The position numbers and the translations under genes are program-made. Of a DNA stretch of 64,000 nt, positions 32,001 to 40,701 are shown piece after piece. This DNA comes from Candidatus Eiseniibacteriota bacterium. GTDB taxonomy: Bacteria > Eisenbacteria > RBG-16-71-46 > CAIMUX01 > VGJL01. Where the stretch lies: positions 720 to 64,719 of the forward strand of contig VGJL01000005.1 in the NCBI GenBank assembly GCA_016867495.1. Direction: 5' to 3'. Position 1 is the first letter of the stretch; each line of letters begins with the position of its first letter. The notes under the pieces are model-generated. The model saw only the letters and a program-made list of their open reading frames with translations. It made no database searches and was not told where the DNA came from.

Positions 32001-34115
32001 GTCGGCGAGACGGATCTCATAGCGATCGGCTCGTCCCGCCGTCCCGTCGTCGCCGGGAGCGGTCCAGCCGAGGAGCAGGAGCCCGGGGGCGGGACCGGCC
32101 GCCGCAAGGTCCAGGATGGCGGCCGGGGGCGTCCGATCGACGGGGGGCGGCGGCGATGTCGCCACGAGGAAGCGCGCCGGAAGGGGAGAGAGATTTCCTG
32201 CTTCGTCCACCGCGCGGATGGCGACGCCATAGGCGGTCCCCGCCGCGAGGCCCGAGAGGCGGAACGACTGACGAGCGCCGGCGACATCGGGAGCCGGCAG
32301 GCCGGACGCGGGCGTCGCTCTCGTCCAGTCGCTCTGCGTCTCGATCATTTCTCCCGCCAGGTGGCGCAGGAGATAGGCAGCGGCCCTTCCCTCCGTCCCA
32401 TCGTCACCCGGGGCGATCCACTCGAGATCGATCCAGTCCTGCGACCCCCCGTATGCCGTCAGTCCCTGGACCTGGCCGGGGGGGACGCGATCGACTTCGG
32501 CGGGCGTCGCGACCTTGGTCAGGTTGGAGAGGACCGGCTCGAGCCGTCCGCGCGTCCGGGTGCGGACGGCGAGGAAGTAGGTCCGGCCGTCGTCGAGTCC
32601 GTCGATCTCCGCCGCGATCGCGGCGCCGGGGCTGGCTGGGATCGGGTTGCCTCGGTACGGAGCCGCAGCGTCCCAGTTCTCGAGGGTGATCGGTTGCGTG
32701 GCATAGCGAAGCTCGAACGAGTCGGCCTCGTTGCGTTCCCCGTCCGGCGCGGTCCAGGTCGCCCGGATGGAGCGGGGGCCGAGCGCTGCGGCGGCGAGAT
32801 CCTCGACCGGCAACCAGAAGGTGAAGCGGCTGTCGCGGGGACCGACGCCTCCGAGCGAGGCGTCGTTGGGATTCACCTCCACCATGCCCCTGGTGAACTG
32901 GCGGACGTAGAGGGTGTCGGCGCCGCCGGGAAGCTCTCGCTGGAAGTCGCCGATCGGCTGGCCGAAGTCGTAGTCGAACTCGCCCGGCCACTCGGGCATC
33001 CGCTGGTCGGCGGTGTAGCAGAAGTAACCCTCCCCCAGCATCGCCGTTCCCAGCCCCCACCGCATCTGCCTCTCGTTCTCCTGAGCAGAGCGGCCGGGCT
33101 CGATCCAGGCTTGTATGAAGGAGCGATCCCATCCGCGTTGATGATCCTCGGCCCCGTTGTCGAAGGAAGCCTCCGTCCACGCGTAGCCGGCCCCCCAGTT
33201 CGACCCCGGCTCCCACGGCGGGGTGAGACCATAGAACTGATCCCACCATGTGAACCAGCTCGGGTTCGAGGGCCGCATCCAGTTCTCGAGCTTCATCCCC
33301 GAGAGACGCGTCGACCACCACGGGCCGATGAACTGGTGGTTCTCGTTCATCAGGAAAGCGAAGCTCTCCGGGAAGCGATCCCGCAGCCGGGAGTAGAAGA
33401 TCTCGTTCTCCTCGCGGAAGAGGAGAGAGAGGGGATCCTGCCATCCGCCGTCCGTGCAGACGCTGTAGACGCCGTCGGGAGCCCCGTCGCGATCGGGGTC
33501 GGCATTGGCGTAGGGCTGCCATCCGTAGGAACCGAGACAGTCGACGAGGGTCTCGAACATGACGCCGTTGTAGGCGGAACGGGAGTCCCACGACCACGGC
33601 TCCCAGTAGCGCCCGGAGAGGGCGATCGCCGGCAGGGCGACCGAGGCGATCCACTCGGCGGCCCGGAGTCCCCTGGAGCTTCCGTAGACCCCGGGCGGGC
33701 AGTGGCGGGTCCAGTTCACGACCCGGTGCGGGCCGGATTCGATGGGCCGCCCGGCGGTATCCCGCAGGTACCAGTCGTTCTTCTCGGCGTAGAACTGGAA
33801 GAGACGGCTGACGCTCCAGAGCGTGTCGGCGATCCACCAGGGATTCTCGCCGGCCGGAAGCGTGACGAACTGAGGCGAGAAGGTCCACAGAAACCGGAGG
33901 CCGGGGTTTTTCTGGCGGAGGGAGGAGAGGACTTCCGGGCGGTCGGCGCAGACGAGGACGTCGTACCAGGACAGCGTGTCTCGCGTCGCCTCCGGAAGGA
34001 GGCCTATGGCCCAGGAGTAGGCCAGGACCTTGGGATAGTTTTCGACGCGCCGCGTGCCCCCGGCCGGGAGGGCGAGGAGCAACGCGAACAACGCTGGCAG
34101 GATCCCGTGCTTCAC
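29088..34115 (-). CDS. Very large (about 1,676 aa) secreted multidomain protein: signal peptide, then an N-terminal ~480-aa Trp/Tyr-rich globular domain, then ~11 tandem fibronectin-III-like repeats, then a C-terminal Por/T9SS-type sorting domain
   Basis: Probable GTG start at 34115, giving signal peptide MKHGILPALFALLLALPAGG. The listed ORF extends to 34244. Repeated ~115-aa units each carry W[TS]APGD[DE]G..GRA.RY..R ... A[VL]RA.DEAGN.S. The C-terminal ~95 aa (RLLIRVYDLHGTEVRTLFDD...APGFYVIVTSLGERKSHKRIFV) resembles the same sorting-domain family as the metalloprotease. Confidence 0.8.
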   Translation of the reverse strand: MKHGILPALFALLLALPAGGTRRVENYPKVLAYSWAIGLLPEATRDTLSWYDVLVCADRPEVLSSLRQKNPGLRFLWTFSPQFVTLPAGENPWWIADTLWSVSRLFQFYAEKNDWYLRDTAGRPIESGPHRVVNWTRHCPPGVYGSSRGLRAAEWIASVALPAIALSGRYWEPWSWDSRSAYNGVMFETLVDCLGSYGWQPYANADPDRDGAPDGVYSVCTDGGWQDPLSLLFREENEIFYSRLRDRFPESFAFLMNENHQFIGPWWSTRLSGMKLENWMRPSNPSWFTWWDQFYGLTPPWEPGSNWGAGYAWTEASFDNGAEDHQRGWDRSFIQAWIEPGRSAQENERQMRWGLGTAMLGEGYFCYTADQRMPEWPGEFDYDFGQPIGDFQRELPGGADTLYVRQFTRGMVEVNPNDASLGGVGPRDSRFTFWLPVEDLAAAALGPRSIRATWTAPDGERNEADSFELRYATQPITLENWDAAAPYRGNPIPASPGAAIAAEIDGLDDGRTYFLAVRTRTRGRLEPVLSNLTKVATPAEVDRVPPGQVQGLTAYGGSQDWIDLEWIAPGDDGTEGRAAAYLLRHLAGEMIETQSDWTRATPASGLPAPDVAGARQSFRLSGLAAGTAYGVAIRAVDEAGNLSPLPARFLVATSPPPPVDRTPPAAILDLAAAGPAPGLLLLGWTAPGDDGTAGRADRYEIRLADGREILTEADWLEATEVGDPPAPADPGAAQACSLASLLPGMQYGVALRAYDEAGNLGALSNPVLARAGPSAPPPEIDTTPPGVLSALLAASVSDTHAVLQWTATGDDGSAGRAARYEARILEGEAIESEEAWARAGVPDRLRFPAPDSSGALQQGEIGALRPASEYGIALRAVDEAGNIGPLGAALLLQTAFTERPDTIPPDPILDARAARVDSASVTLLWTVPSDRGKRAAIVRYHLRIASTSLADERIWEEGEAYAPLPYPAESGTADSVAVARLAPSTSYAFVLRCEDEAGNLSLPSNIVRATTSTPALPPSPPAAISDFVLVASWSDSARLAWTAPGDEGESGRASRYEVRLRTDAPIETEDDWLLAEVVEQPPPPVPAPPGTREEWTLRGLQEARGYALAVRAVDDSAQMGGLSNPLRWTTPPSASVTAFPILDLTSPAQGEDWCDLRWSAPETDPPGGAIRGYRLGILAGAQVIATEADWSHAEIRTEGLPDPASPGSEATARIGALRPSSIYSMAVRSEIAPAALSPIGSGILVTTAPAEEGDPEGLDPPPAPIADLAASRVGPDWVDLVWTAVGEDSLDGIAEAYVLGRRIEAPLLSHEDWNAAAVSTEGLPRPALPGRQQAHRVTGLAAGREHAIALRAVDAAGRISPLSTGIRVRTFPHTPVPPAAAESLRVFVLGQGRARIDWLHEPADGDTLPPASCLLAVAVAPITAESWPALAKIAVTPRAGSDRQEAEVSGLLAGTEYWIAVRVRSAEGLFSALSDPISFTTSGGDLSPPDPPDGLRIEQGETNGMVRLSWRPSPAPDLAGYWIYGQLPEENWGRLIDSPLPPETTTALVPEGCAAYALSAIDLAGNEGSLSSPVAPPARASLVVRGPYPHPVEDRCRLEIETPSGDAAARLLIRVYDLHGTEVRTLFDDAAAGSAALSVPWDRRDDDGRTVAPGFYVIVTSLGERKSHKRIFVSP

Positions 34116-34315
34116 GCGAAGAATCGGTTGCAGGAACTGTTCCGCCTCGGATGCGCTCTGGCGCGGGCCTCGGACCTCGCCCGGAGCGCCGCGCGATGCA
34201 AACTGCACGGCCGACCCGAATTCTGCACAAACCGGCCCGGACACGGGGTCCGGCCCCCCGTTTCGTCACTGGGGGGCCTGTGCTATTCTGCCTGCTCCAA
34301 GGGGAAGGAGATCCA

Positions 34316-34981
34316 ATGAAGATCTTTCTCGACACCGCGAATCTGGATCAGATTCGAACCTCGGCGCGCTTGGGCGTCGTCGACGGCGTGACGACCAACC
34401 CGTCGCTCCTCGCCAGGGAGGCGGGAGACTGGCAGAAGACGCTCGCCGAGATCTGCGCGGCGGTCGACGGACCTGTGAGCGCAGAGGTGATCGCCGAGGA
34501 CTTCGATGGGATGATCCGCGAGGCGCACCATCTGACGACGATCGCCCCGAATGTCGTGGTCAAGGTCCCGATGACGCGCGAGGGCGTTCGCGCCATCCAT
34601 GCGCTGGCCGAAGAGCGAATCAAGACGAACGCGACGCTGGTTTTCAGCCCCGCGCAGGCCCTCCTTGTCGCGAAAGCCGGCGCGACCTTCGTAAGCCCGT
34701 TCGTGGGAAGAATGGACGACATCTCTCAGGAGGGGCTCGATGTCGTCAGGCAGATCGTGGAGATCTATGAGGTGCACGACTTCGAGACGGAGGTGCTCGC
34801 CGCCAGCATTCGCCACCCGATGCATGTGGTCGAGGCCGCGCTGGCCGGAGCGCACGTCGCGACGATGCCCGTAGCCGTCTTCGACGCGCTCTTCCGGCAT
34901 CCCCTCACCGATCGCGGGATCCAGCTCTTCCTCGATGACTGGCGGAAGGCGCAGGAAAGGCTGAAGGCCGATCGGCGATGA
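34316..34981 (+). CDS. tal: Transaldolase (short fructose-6-phosphate aldolase/Tal subfamily)
   Basis: MKIFLDTANLDQIR...GVTTNPSL signature. Real start is the internal Met of listed ORF 34151..34981. Confidence 0.85.
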   Translation: MKIFLDTANLDQIRTSARLGVVDGVTTNPSLLAREAGDWQKTLAEICAAVDGPVSAEVIAEDFDGMIREAHHLTTIAPNVVVKVPMTREGVRAIHALAEERIKTNATLVFSPAQALLVAKAGATFVSPFVGRMDDISQEGLDVVRQIVEIYEVHDFETEVLAASIRHPMHVVEAALAGAHVATMPVAVFDALFRHPLTDRGIQLFLDDWRKAQERLKADRR

Positions 34982-36261
34982 GAGATCCGTCTGATACGGG
35001 TGGATCGACGCGGCTTCGCTCCTTCCTTCCCTTCCTTCTCTTCGCCGGCGGCATCCTGGCCGGGGGCCTCCTGTGGACCCTCTGGCACGGCAGGTCGCCG
35101 ACCCCTCCCCCGGGAGGCAATGGGACTGAGACCGGCGTGGTCGCCGACTCCGTGCGGGAAGCTGCAGAGAACGACTCCGGCGCGATTACGCCTCCCGGCA
35201 GAGGACCCTCCGGCGCCGCCGGCATCGGCGAGCAGCGGAGCAACGCGATTGTCGCCGCCGCCGGGGCGGTGGGTCCGGGGGTCGTCTCGATCAGCGTCGT
35301 TCAAACGCGCTATGTCCGCGGCCGGGCCGCGAGCGATCCGTTCGGCTTCTTCTTCGACCGCTACCTCCCGGGACCCATCTACCGCGAGCGGGTCCCCGGT
35401 CTCGGGAGCGGATTCATCATCGACCGCAACGGCATCGTTCTGACCAACGAGCATGTCGTCCGCGAGGCGGAACAGATCAAGGTGACCCTCACCGATGGAC
35501 GGACGTTCGACGCCAGGGTCATCGGATCGGATCCGAACTACGACCTGGCCGTCCTGCGCATCAGCGGCGAGTCGCTGCCTGTATGTCCGTTGGGAGACTC
35601 GGACGAGATCGTCGTTGGCGAGTGGGCGATCGCGATTGGAAACCCGTTCGGCTTCCTTCTGAACGACTATCAGCCGACCGTCACGGCGGGCGTCATCAGC
35701 GCCAAGAACCGCGATATCGCTCCCTCGTCGGGGACCGAGGGGATCTACAAGAACATGATCCAGACCGACGCCGCGATCAATCCGGGCAACTCCGGCGGCC
35801 CTCTCGTCAACGGCGAGGGGAAGGTGATCGGGATCAACACCTTCATCTTCACCGAGTCGGGCGGCTCCCTCGGGATCGGCTTCGCAATCCCCATCAATGT
35901 CGCCGAGCGGGTCGTCCGGGAGATCCTGCAGTACGGAGAGGTCAGACGCATCTGGATCGGACTGACAGTCATGGAGGTGACGCCCTACCTCGCCGCCTAC
36001 TTCAATCTCCGGGAAGGGCATGGACTGTTCGTCAGGGAGATCGAGAACGACAGCCCGGCCGATCGGGCGGGCATCGTCGTCGGCGACCTGATCCTCGCCG
36101 TGAACGGGGAGAGCGTCTCGCGGCTGAGCCAGGCCCAGAGGCTGATCTTCGGAGCCGCGGTCGGCGACCGGATCACCCTGAGCGTGGAGCGGGCGGGGAG
36201 CAGGCGGGATGTGCAGATACGGCTCGAGGCGGTTCCGAGCAGAGGAGCCAGGCCGGGATGA
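34978..36261 (+). CDS. htrA: Periplasmic serine endoprotease of the HtrA/DegP/DegQ family (trypsin-like domain plus PDZ)
   Basis: N-terminal TM/signal. GSGFIIDRNGIVLTNEHVV (His), catalytic Asp region, GNSGGPLVN (Ser). C-terminal PDZ. Confidence 0.85.
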   Translation: MRDPSDTGGSTRLRSFLPFLLFAGGILAGGLLWTLWHGRSPTPPPGGNGTETGVVADSVREAAENDSGAITPPGRGPSGAAGIGEQRSNAIVAAAGAVGPGVVSISVVQTRYVRGRAASDPFGFFFDRYLPGPIYRERVPGLGSGFIIDRNGIVLTNEHVVREAEQIKVTLTDGRTFDARVIGSDPNYDLAVLRISGESLPVCPLGDSDEIVVGEWAIAIGNPFGFLLNDYQPTVTAGVISAKNRDIAPSSGTEGIYKNMIQTDAAINPGNSGGPLVNGEGKVIGINTFIFTESGGSLGIGFAIPINVAERVVREILQYGEVRRIWIGLTVMEVTPYLAAYFNLREGHGLFVREIENDSPADRAGIVVGDLILAVNGESVSRLSQAQRLIFGAAVGDRITLSVERAGSRRDVQIRLEAVPSRGARPG

Positions 36262-37568
36262 TCGCCCGCTACACACGCCCCGAGATGGGGGCTCTCTTCT
36301 CTGACGAGCATCGCTTCGCCACATGGTTGCGCGTCGAGATCGCGCAGCTCGAGATCCTCGAGGAGATGCGGATGGCCCCGGCGGGGACGGCCGCCGCGGT
36401 TCGCGAAAAGGCGCAAGCGCGGCCATCGCGGATCCTGGAGCTCGAGGAGACGCTGCACCACGACGTCATCGCCTTCCTGACCAGCGTGGGCGAGGAGCTG
36501 GGCCCCGAGAAGAAGTGGCTCCACTACGGAATGACCTCCTCGGATCTCGTCGACACGGCCCAGGCGCTGGTGCTGGATGAGGCGGTGGGGAAGCTGCTGG
36601 CGGCCTGGGAGGGGCTGGGGAGCATTCTGCGGGATCTGGCGACACGCCACCGCCGGCTCCCCATGGTCGGACGAACCCACGGCGTCCACGCGGAGCCGAT
36701 CACATTCGGATTCAAGCTGCTCGGCTGGTTCGCCGAGGCCGAGAGGCAGGCGCGACGCCTGGAGGAGGCTCGTGAGGGGATAGGCTTCGGCAAGCTCTCG
36801 GGGGCGGTGGGTACGGCGGCCCATCTGCCGCCCGATCTGGAGAAGGCCGTGCTCCTGCGGTTGGGGCTCAAGGCGGAGCCTGTGGCGACGCAGGTCGTCC
36901 CACGCGATCGTCACGCCCACCTGCTCTCCGTCCTCGCGGGGATGGGTGGAAGCTGCGAACGCTGGGCGCTGGAAGTCCGACATCTCCAGAGGACGGAGGT
37001 TCGAGAGCTGGAAGAGCCCTTCGGCAAAGGGCAGAAGGGCTCCTCTGCGATGCCGCACAAGCGCAATCCGATCCTCTGTGAGAGGATCGCGGGTCTTGCG
37101 CGCCTGTTGCGGGGCTACGCGCTGGTGGGGCTCGAGAACGTGCCCCTCTGGCACGAGCGCGACATCAGCCACTCCTCCGCGGAACGGGTTGTCTTCGCGG
37201 ACTCATGCACTGTCCTGGACTACATGATCGACCGGATGAGGTTCGTTCTCGCGAACCTCGGTGTGCGGCCTGACGCGATGCGACGCAACCTGGAGGCGAC
37301 GGGCGGCCTCATCTTCTCCCAGAAGGTTCTCCTCGCCCTCACCGAAGCCTGGGGGGACAGGGAGCGCGCCTATCGCCGCGTGCAGGAACACGCGATGGCC
37401 GCTTGGGAGGAAGGCGACTCGTTCCGCGAGAGGCTCCTCGCCGACGGGGAAGTCCTCGCGGTCCTTGGGGCCGGCGGCATGGAGCGCCTCTTCGACGTTG
37501 AGTCCTTCTACGCTCACCTCGATCCGATCTTCGACCGCGTCCTGTCATCGGCATGGGGTCGCGGATGA
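36258..37568 (+). CDS. purB: Adenylosuccinate lyase
   Basis: MIARYTRPEMGALFSDE... and fumarate-lyase signature GSSAMPHKRNP. Real start is the internal Met of listed ORF 35583..37568. Confidence 0.9.
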   Translation: MIARYTRPEMGALFSDEHRFATWLRVEIAQLEILEEMRMAPAGTAAAVREKAQARPSRILELEETLHHDVIAFLTSVGEELGPEKKWLHYGMTSSDLVDTAQALVLDEAVGKLLAAWEGLGSILRDLATRHRRLPMVGRTHGVHAEPITFGFKLLGWFAEAERQARRLEEAREGIGFGKLSGAVGTAAHLPPDLEKAVLLRLGLKAEPVATQVVPRDRHAHLLSVLAGMGGSCERWALEVRHLQRTEVRELEEPFGKGQKGSSAMPHKRNPILCERIAGLARLLRGYALVGLENVPLWHERDISHSSAERVVFADSCTVLDYMIDRMRFVLANLGVRPDAMRRNLEATGGLIFSQKVLLALTEAWGDRERAYRRVQEHAMAAWEEGDSFRERLLADGEVLAVLGAGGMERLFDVESFYAHLDPIFDRVLSSAWGRG

Positions 37569-39913
37569 CGGACCGGCTGCGCCTGCTCGAGGCGACAGAG
37601 TCTGAGGCGACCGAACAGCTGCTCCGGGCGGGGATCCGGGCAGGCCTCGACGAGCTGCGGGCCGTCGCCCGGAAGCTGGGCCGCGACCTCACGCCCGCCG
37701 AGGCCTTCTTCATCGATGTCGCCTACAGCGAGCACTGCTCCTACAAGAGCAGCCGGCGGTTCCTGCGCGAGCTCCTCCCTCCGCTGCCGCCCCACGTCCT
37801 TCTGGGGCCCGGGGAGGACGCCGGGGTCGTCGACCTCGGAGTCTGGAACGGGAGGCGCTACGCGCTCGTCGTGGCCCACGAGAGCCACAACCATCCCTCG
37901 CAGCTCCTGCCGGTGGAGGGGGCCGCGACAGGAATCGGAGGGATCGTCAGGGACGTCTACTGCATGGGCGCGGACGTGATCGGCGTGCTCGACGGGTTGC
38001 GCTTCGGCGATCTGGACGGGCCGCGCGGCGAGATCGCGCGGGGCGTCGCGCGGGGCGTCGTTCGCGGGATCTGGGAGTACGGCGACGCCCTGGGAGTTCC
38101 GAACCTGGGTGGCGATGTCGACTTCGATCCATGCTATGACGACAACTGCCTCGTCAACGTCGTCGCCGTCGGGATCGCCCCCGCCGATCGGATCATCCGC
38201 AGCCGGGTCCCGGAGGAGGCGGGGAGGGAGCCGTACGAGATCGTCCTGGTCGGGAAACCGACCGATCGCTCCGGGCTGGGAGGCGCCTCCTTCGCGTCGC
38301 AGATCCTCGACAGCGAAGCGGCCGAGCGGAATCTCGGGGCGGTCCAGATCCACGATCCCTTCCTGAAGCGCGTACTGGTCGAGGCGACGCGGGCAGTCTG
38401 CGACCTCCTCGCGGAGCGCGGATGCTCCGCCGGCTTCAAGGACCTCGGGGCCGGCGGCTTCGGTGGGGCCTCCTCGGAGCTGGCCGTCGCCGGGGGATTC
38501 GGCCTCGAGATCGACCTGACGCGAATCCCGGCCGCCGACCCGTCGATCCCCCCGGAACACCTGCTCGTAGGCGAGACCCAGGAGCGCTTCGTCTGGGCCC
38601 TCCCGTCGCGAGTGGTCCCGGAGGTGCTGGCCCTCTACAACGACGCGTTCGATCTTCCGGGCGTCTATCCGGGGGCCTGCGCCGCGTTGCTGGGACGCGT
38701 GAGCGCGGAGAAACGCTACAAGGTCTACTGGAAGGGCGATCTCATCGTCGATCTCCCCTTCGATGTCGTGCGCGACACCCCGGTGTTGACCCGGCCGACC
38801 CGGCCGCGCGTGGTGGAGGAGAGGGGCGACGCGTTGCGGCCTCCTGGCGACTGGGCTTCCTTCGTCGCAGCCCTGCTGCGGCATCCCTCGCTCTGCAGCA
38901 GGCAGCACATCTACCGGCACTACGATGCGGAGGTGAGGGGCGAGGCGCTGTTGCGCCCGGGAGAGGCGGACGCGGGCGTCTGTCGGCCGATCCCTGAATG
39001 CAGGCTCGGCGTGGCCGTCAGCATGGACGGCAAGGCGCGGGCGTGCGACCTCGATCCCTACCACGGGGCCGCGGCCACGGTCCTCGAGGCCGTGCGCAAT
39101 GTGGTGGCGGTGGGGGCGCGGCCTCGCGCCCTGACGGACTGCATGAACTTCGGTTCGCCGGAGGATCCCGAGTGCCTCTGGGAGTTCGAGCAGGCCCTGC
39201 GCGGCATGCGCGACGCCTGCGTCGCCCTCGGCCTGCCGGAAGACCGCTCGCTGGCGCTGCCGGTCGTCTCCGGCAACGTATCGTTCTACAACCAGTCGGC
39301 CGCGGGGAGGAGGATCAAGCCGACGCCGATCATCGCCTGTTTCGGGGCGCTCGAAGACTGGCGGAGATCGTTGCGGCCTCAGATGACCCGCGCGGGGCGT
39401 CTCGTTCATCTAGTTGCGGATCTGCAGCCGGCCTACGGCGGCTCTCCAGCCCTCGACCTGTTGGGCGGCGCCGGTGTCGCGCCGAGGCACGACATGAGGC
39501 AGGAAGGGGCGCGGGCGTGGGCGGTCCTCGCCGCCATCGAGCGGGGCCTCGTGACCGCCTGCCACGACTTCGCCGAAGGCGGGCTTCTTGTAGGGGCGAT
39601 CGAGACTCTCTTCGTCGAGGAAGGGCCCACGGGCCGAGGACTCGATCTCGACCTGACGAGGCTCGCTCTCGGCGCGGAGGAAGCGCTCCTCTCCGAGAGC
39701 GGCGGATTCCTGCTGGAGATCGACCCGGAGCGGGAAGCGGAGTATCGCCGGGTCATGGCGGCGGCGCAGGTCGAGACGCTGCGAGTGGGAGAGGTGATCG
39801 CCGCGCCGCGGTTTAGGGCAAGGGAGAGAGGCCGCGAGCTCTTCGACCTCGAAGTCCGTCTCCTCTGGGAAGGGTGGGCGGGAAGGCTGGGGCCATGGAT
39901 CGAGGGAATGTAG
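37553..39913 (+). CDS. purL: Phosphoribosylformylglycinamidine synthase subunit PurL (small form)
   Basis: AYSEHCSYKSSRRFL and GAATGIGGIVRDV motifs of FGAM synthase II. About 786 aa. Confidence 0.9.
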   Translation: MGSRMTDRLRLLEATESEATEQLLRAGIRAGLDELRAVARKLGRDLTPAEAFFIDVAYSEHCSYKSSRRFLRELLPPLPPHVLLGPGEDAGVVDLGVWNGRRYALVVAHESHNHPSQLLPVEGAATGIGGIVRDVYCMGADVIGVLDGLRFGDLDGPRGEIARGVARGVVRGIWEYGDALGVPNLGGDVDFDPCYDDNCLVNVVAVGIAPADRIIRSRVPEEAGREPYEIVLVGKPTDRSGLGGASFASQILDSEAAERNLGAVQIHDPFLKRVLVEATRAVCDLLAERGCSAGFKDLGAGGFGGASSELAVAGGFGLEIDLTRIPAADPSIPPEHLLVGETQERFVWALPSRVVPEVLALYNDAFDLPGVYPGACAALLGRVSAEKRYKVYWKGDLIVDLPFDVVRDTPVLTRPTRPRVVEERGDALRPPGDWASFVAALLRHPSLCSRQHIYRHYDAEVRGEALLRPGEADAGVCRPIPECRLGVAVSMDGKARACDLDPYHGAAATVLEAVRNVVAVGARPRALTDCMNFGSPEDPECLWEFEQALRGMRDACVALGLPEDRSLALPVVSGNVSFYNQSAAGRRIKPTPIIACFGALEDWRRSLRPQMTRAGRLVHLVADLQPAYGGSPALDLLGGAGVAPRHDMRQEGARAWAVLAAIERGLVTACHDFAEGGLLVGAIETLFVEEGPTGRGLDLDLTRLALGAEEALLSESGGFLLEIDPEREAEYRRVMAAAQVETLRVGEVIAAPRFRARERGRELFDLEVRLLWEGWAGRLGPWIEGM

Positions 39914-40698
39914 ATCTCAGGAGGGCGGTCGCGGTCCTGCAGTTGCCGGGAAGCAACTGCGAGAGGGAAACGCTGCGCGCCGTGGTGTTGGCCGGCGGCC
40001 GGGGGGAGATCGTACGCTGGAACGAGCCCGCATCGCGTCTGGGCGCGTTCGGCGCCTATGTCATTCCCGGAGGGTTCTCGTTCCAGGACAGGATACGGGC
40101 CGGCGCCGTGGCCGCCCGGCTGCCCGTTCTCGACTGCGTGGCGGCGCGGGCCCGCGAGGGGGCCCCGGTCCTAGGAATCTGCAACGGGGCGCAGATTCTC
40201 GTCGAAGCGGGTCTGGTCCCGGGCATCGAACCGGGGCGCTTGGAAGTCGTCCTCGCCCCCAACCGGATGCCGGGGAGGGATGGCTACTACACGCGCTGGA
40301 GTCTTCTGGGGCCGGCGGAGGCCAGCGAGCGATGCCTCTTCACGCGCGGCATGGGCGATGCCACGCTTGCCGTGCCGATGGCGCACGGGGAGGGGCGCTT
40401 CACGACTCGCGACGCCGGGATCGCTCGCGTGATCGGCCGGTATGTGGCGTTGACCTACAGGACGCCCGAGGGATCTCGAGCGAAGGAGTTCCCCTGGAAT
40501 CCGAACGGGAGCATGGCTGAAGCGGCCGGGCTGACCAACGCGCGCGGGAATGTCCTGGCCTTGATGCCCCATCCGGAGCGCGCGGTCCTGCGCGCGCAGA
40601 TCCCCCCCTGGATCGATCCTGAAGCGATGTCCGACCCTGAATCGCCCGGGCCCGGGATGAGGCTCTTTCGAGCCCTCGTGGCCGCGCTGGGAGCCTGA
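39895..40698 (+). CDS. purQ: Phosphoribosylformylglycinamidine synthase subunit PurQ (glutaminase)
   Basis: VAVLQLPGSNCERE N-terminus. Triad Cys (GICNGAQIL) and His/Glu (MPHPER). Start overlaps the purL stop. Confidence 0.85.
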   Translation: MDRGNVDLRRAVAVLQLPGSNCERETLRAVVLAGGRGEIVRWNEPASRLGAFGAYVIPGGFSFQDRIRAGAVAARLPVLDCVAARAREGAPVLGICNGAQILVEAGLVPGIEPGRLEVVLAPNRMPGRDGYYTRWSLLGPAEASERCLFTRGMGDATLAVPMAHGEGRFTTRDAGIARVIGRYVALTYRTPEGSRAKEFPWNPNGSMAEAAGLTNARGNVLALMPHPERAVLRAQIPPWIDPEAMSDPESPGPGMRLFRALVAALGA

Positions 40699-40701
40699 TC
40701 G

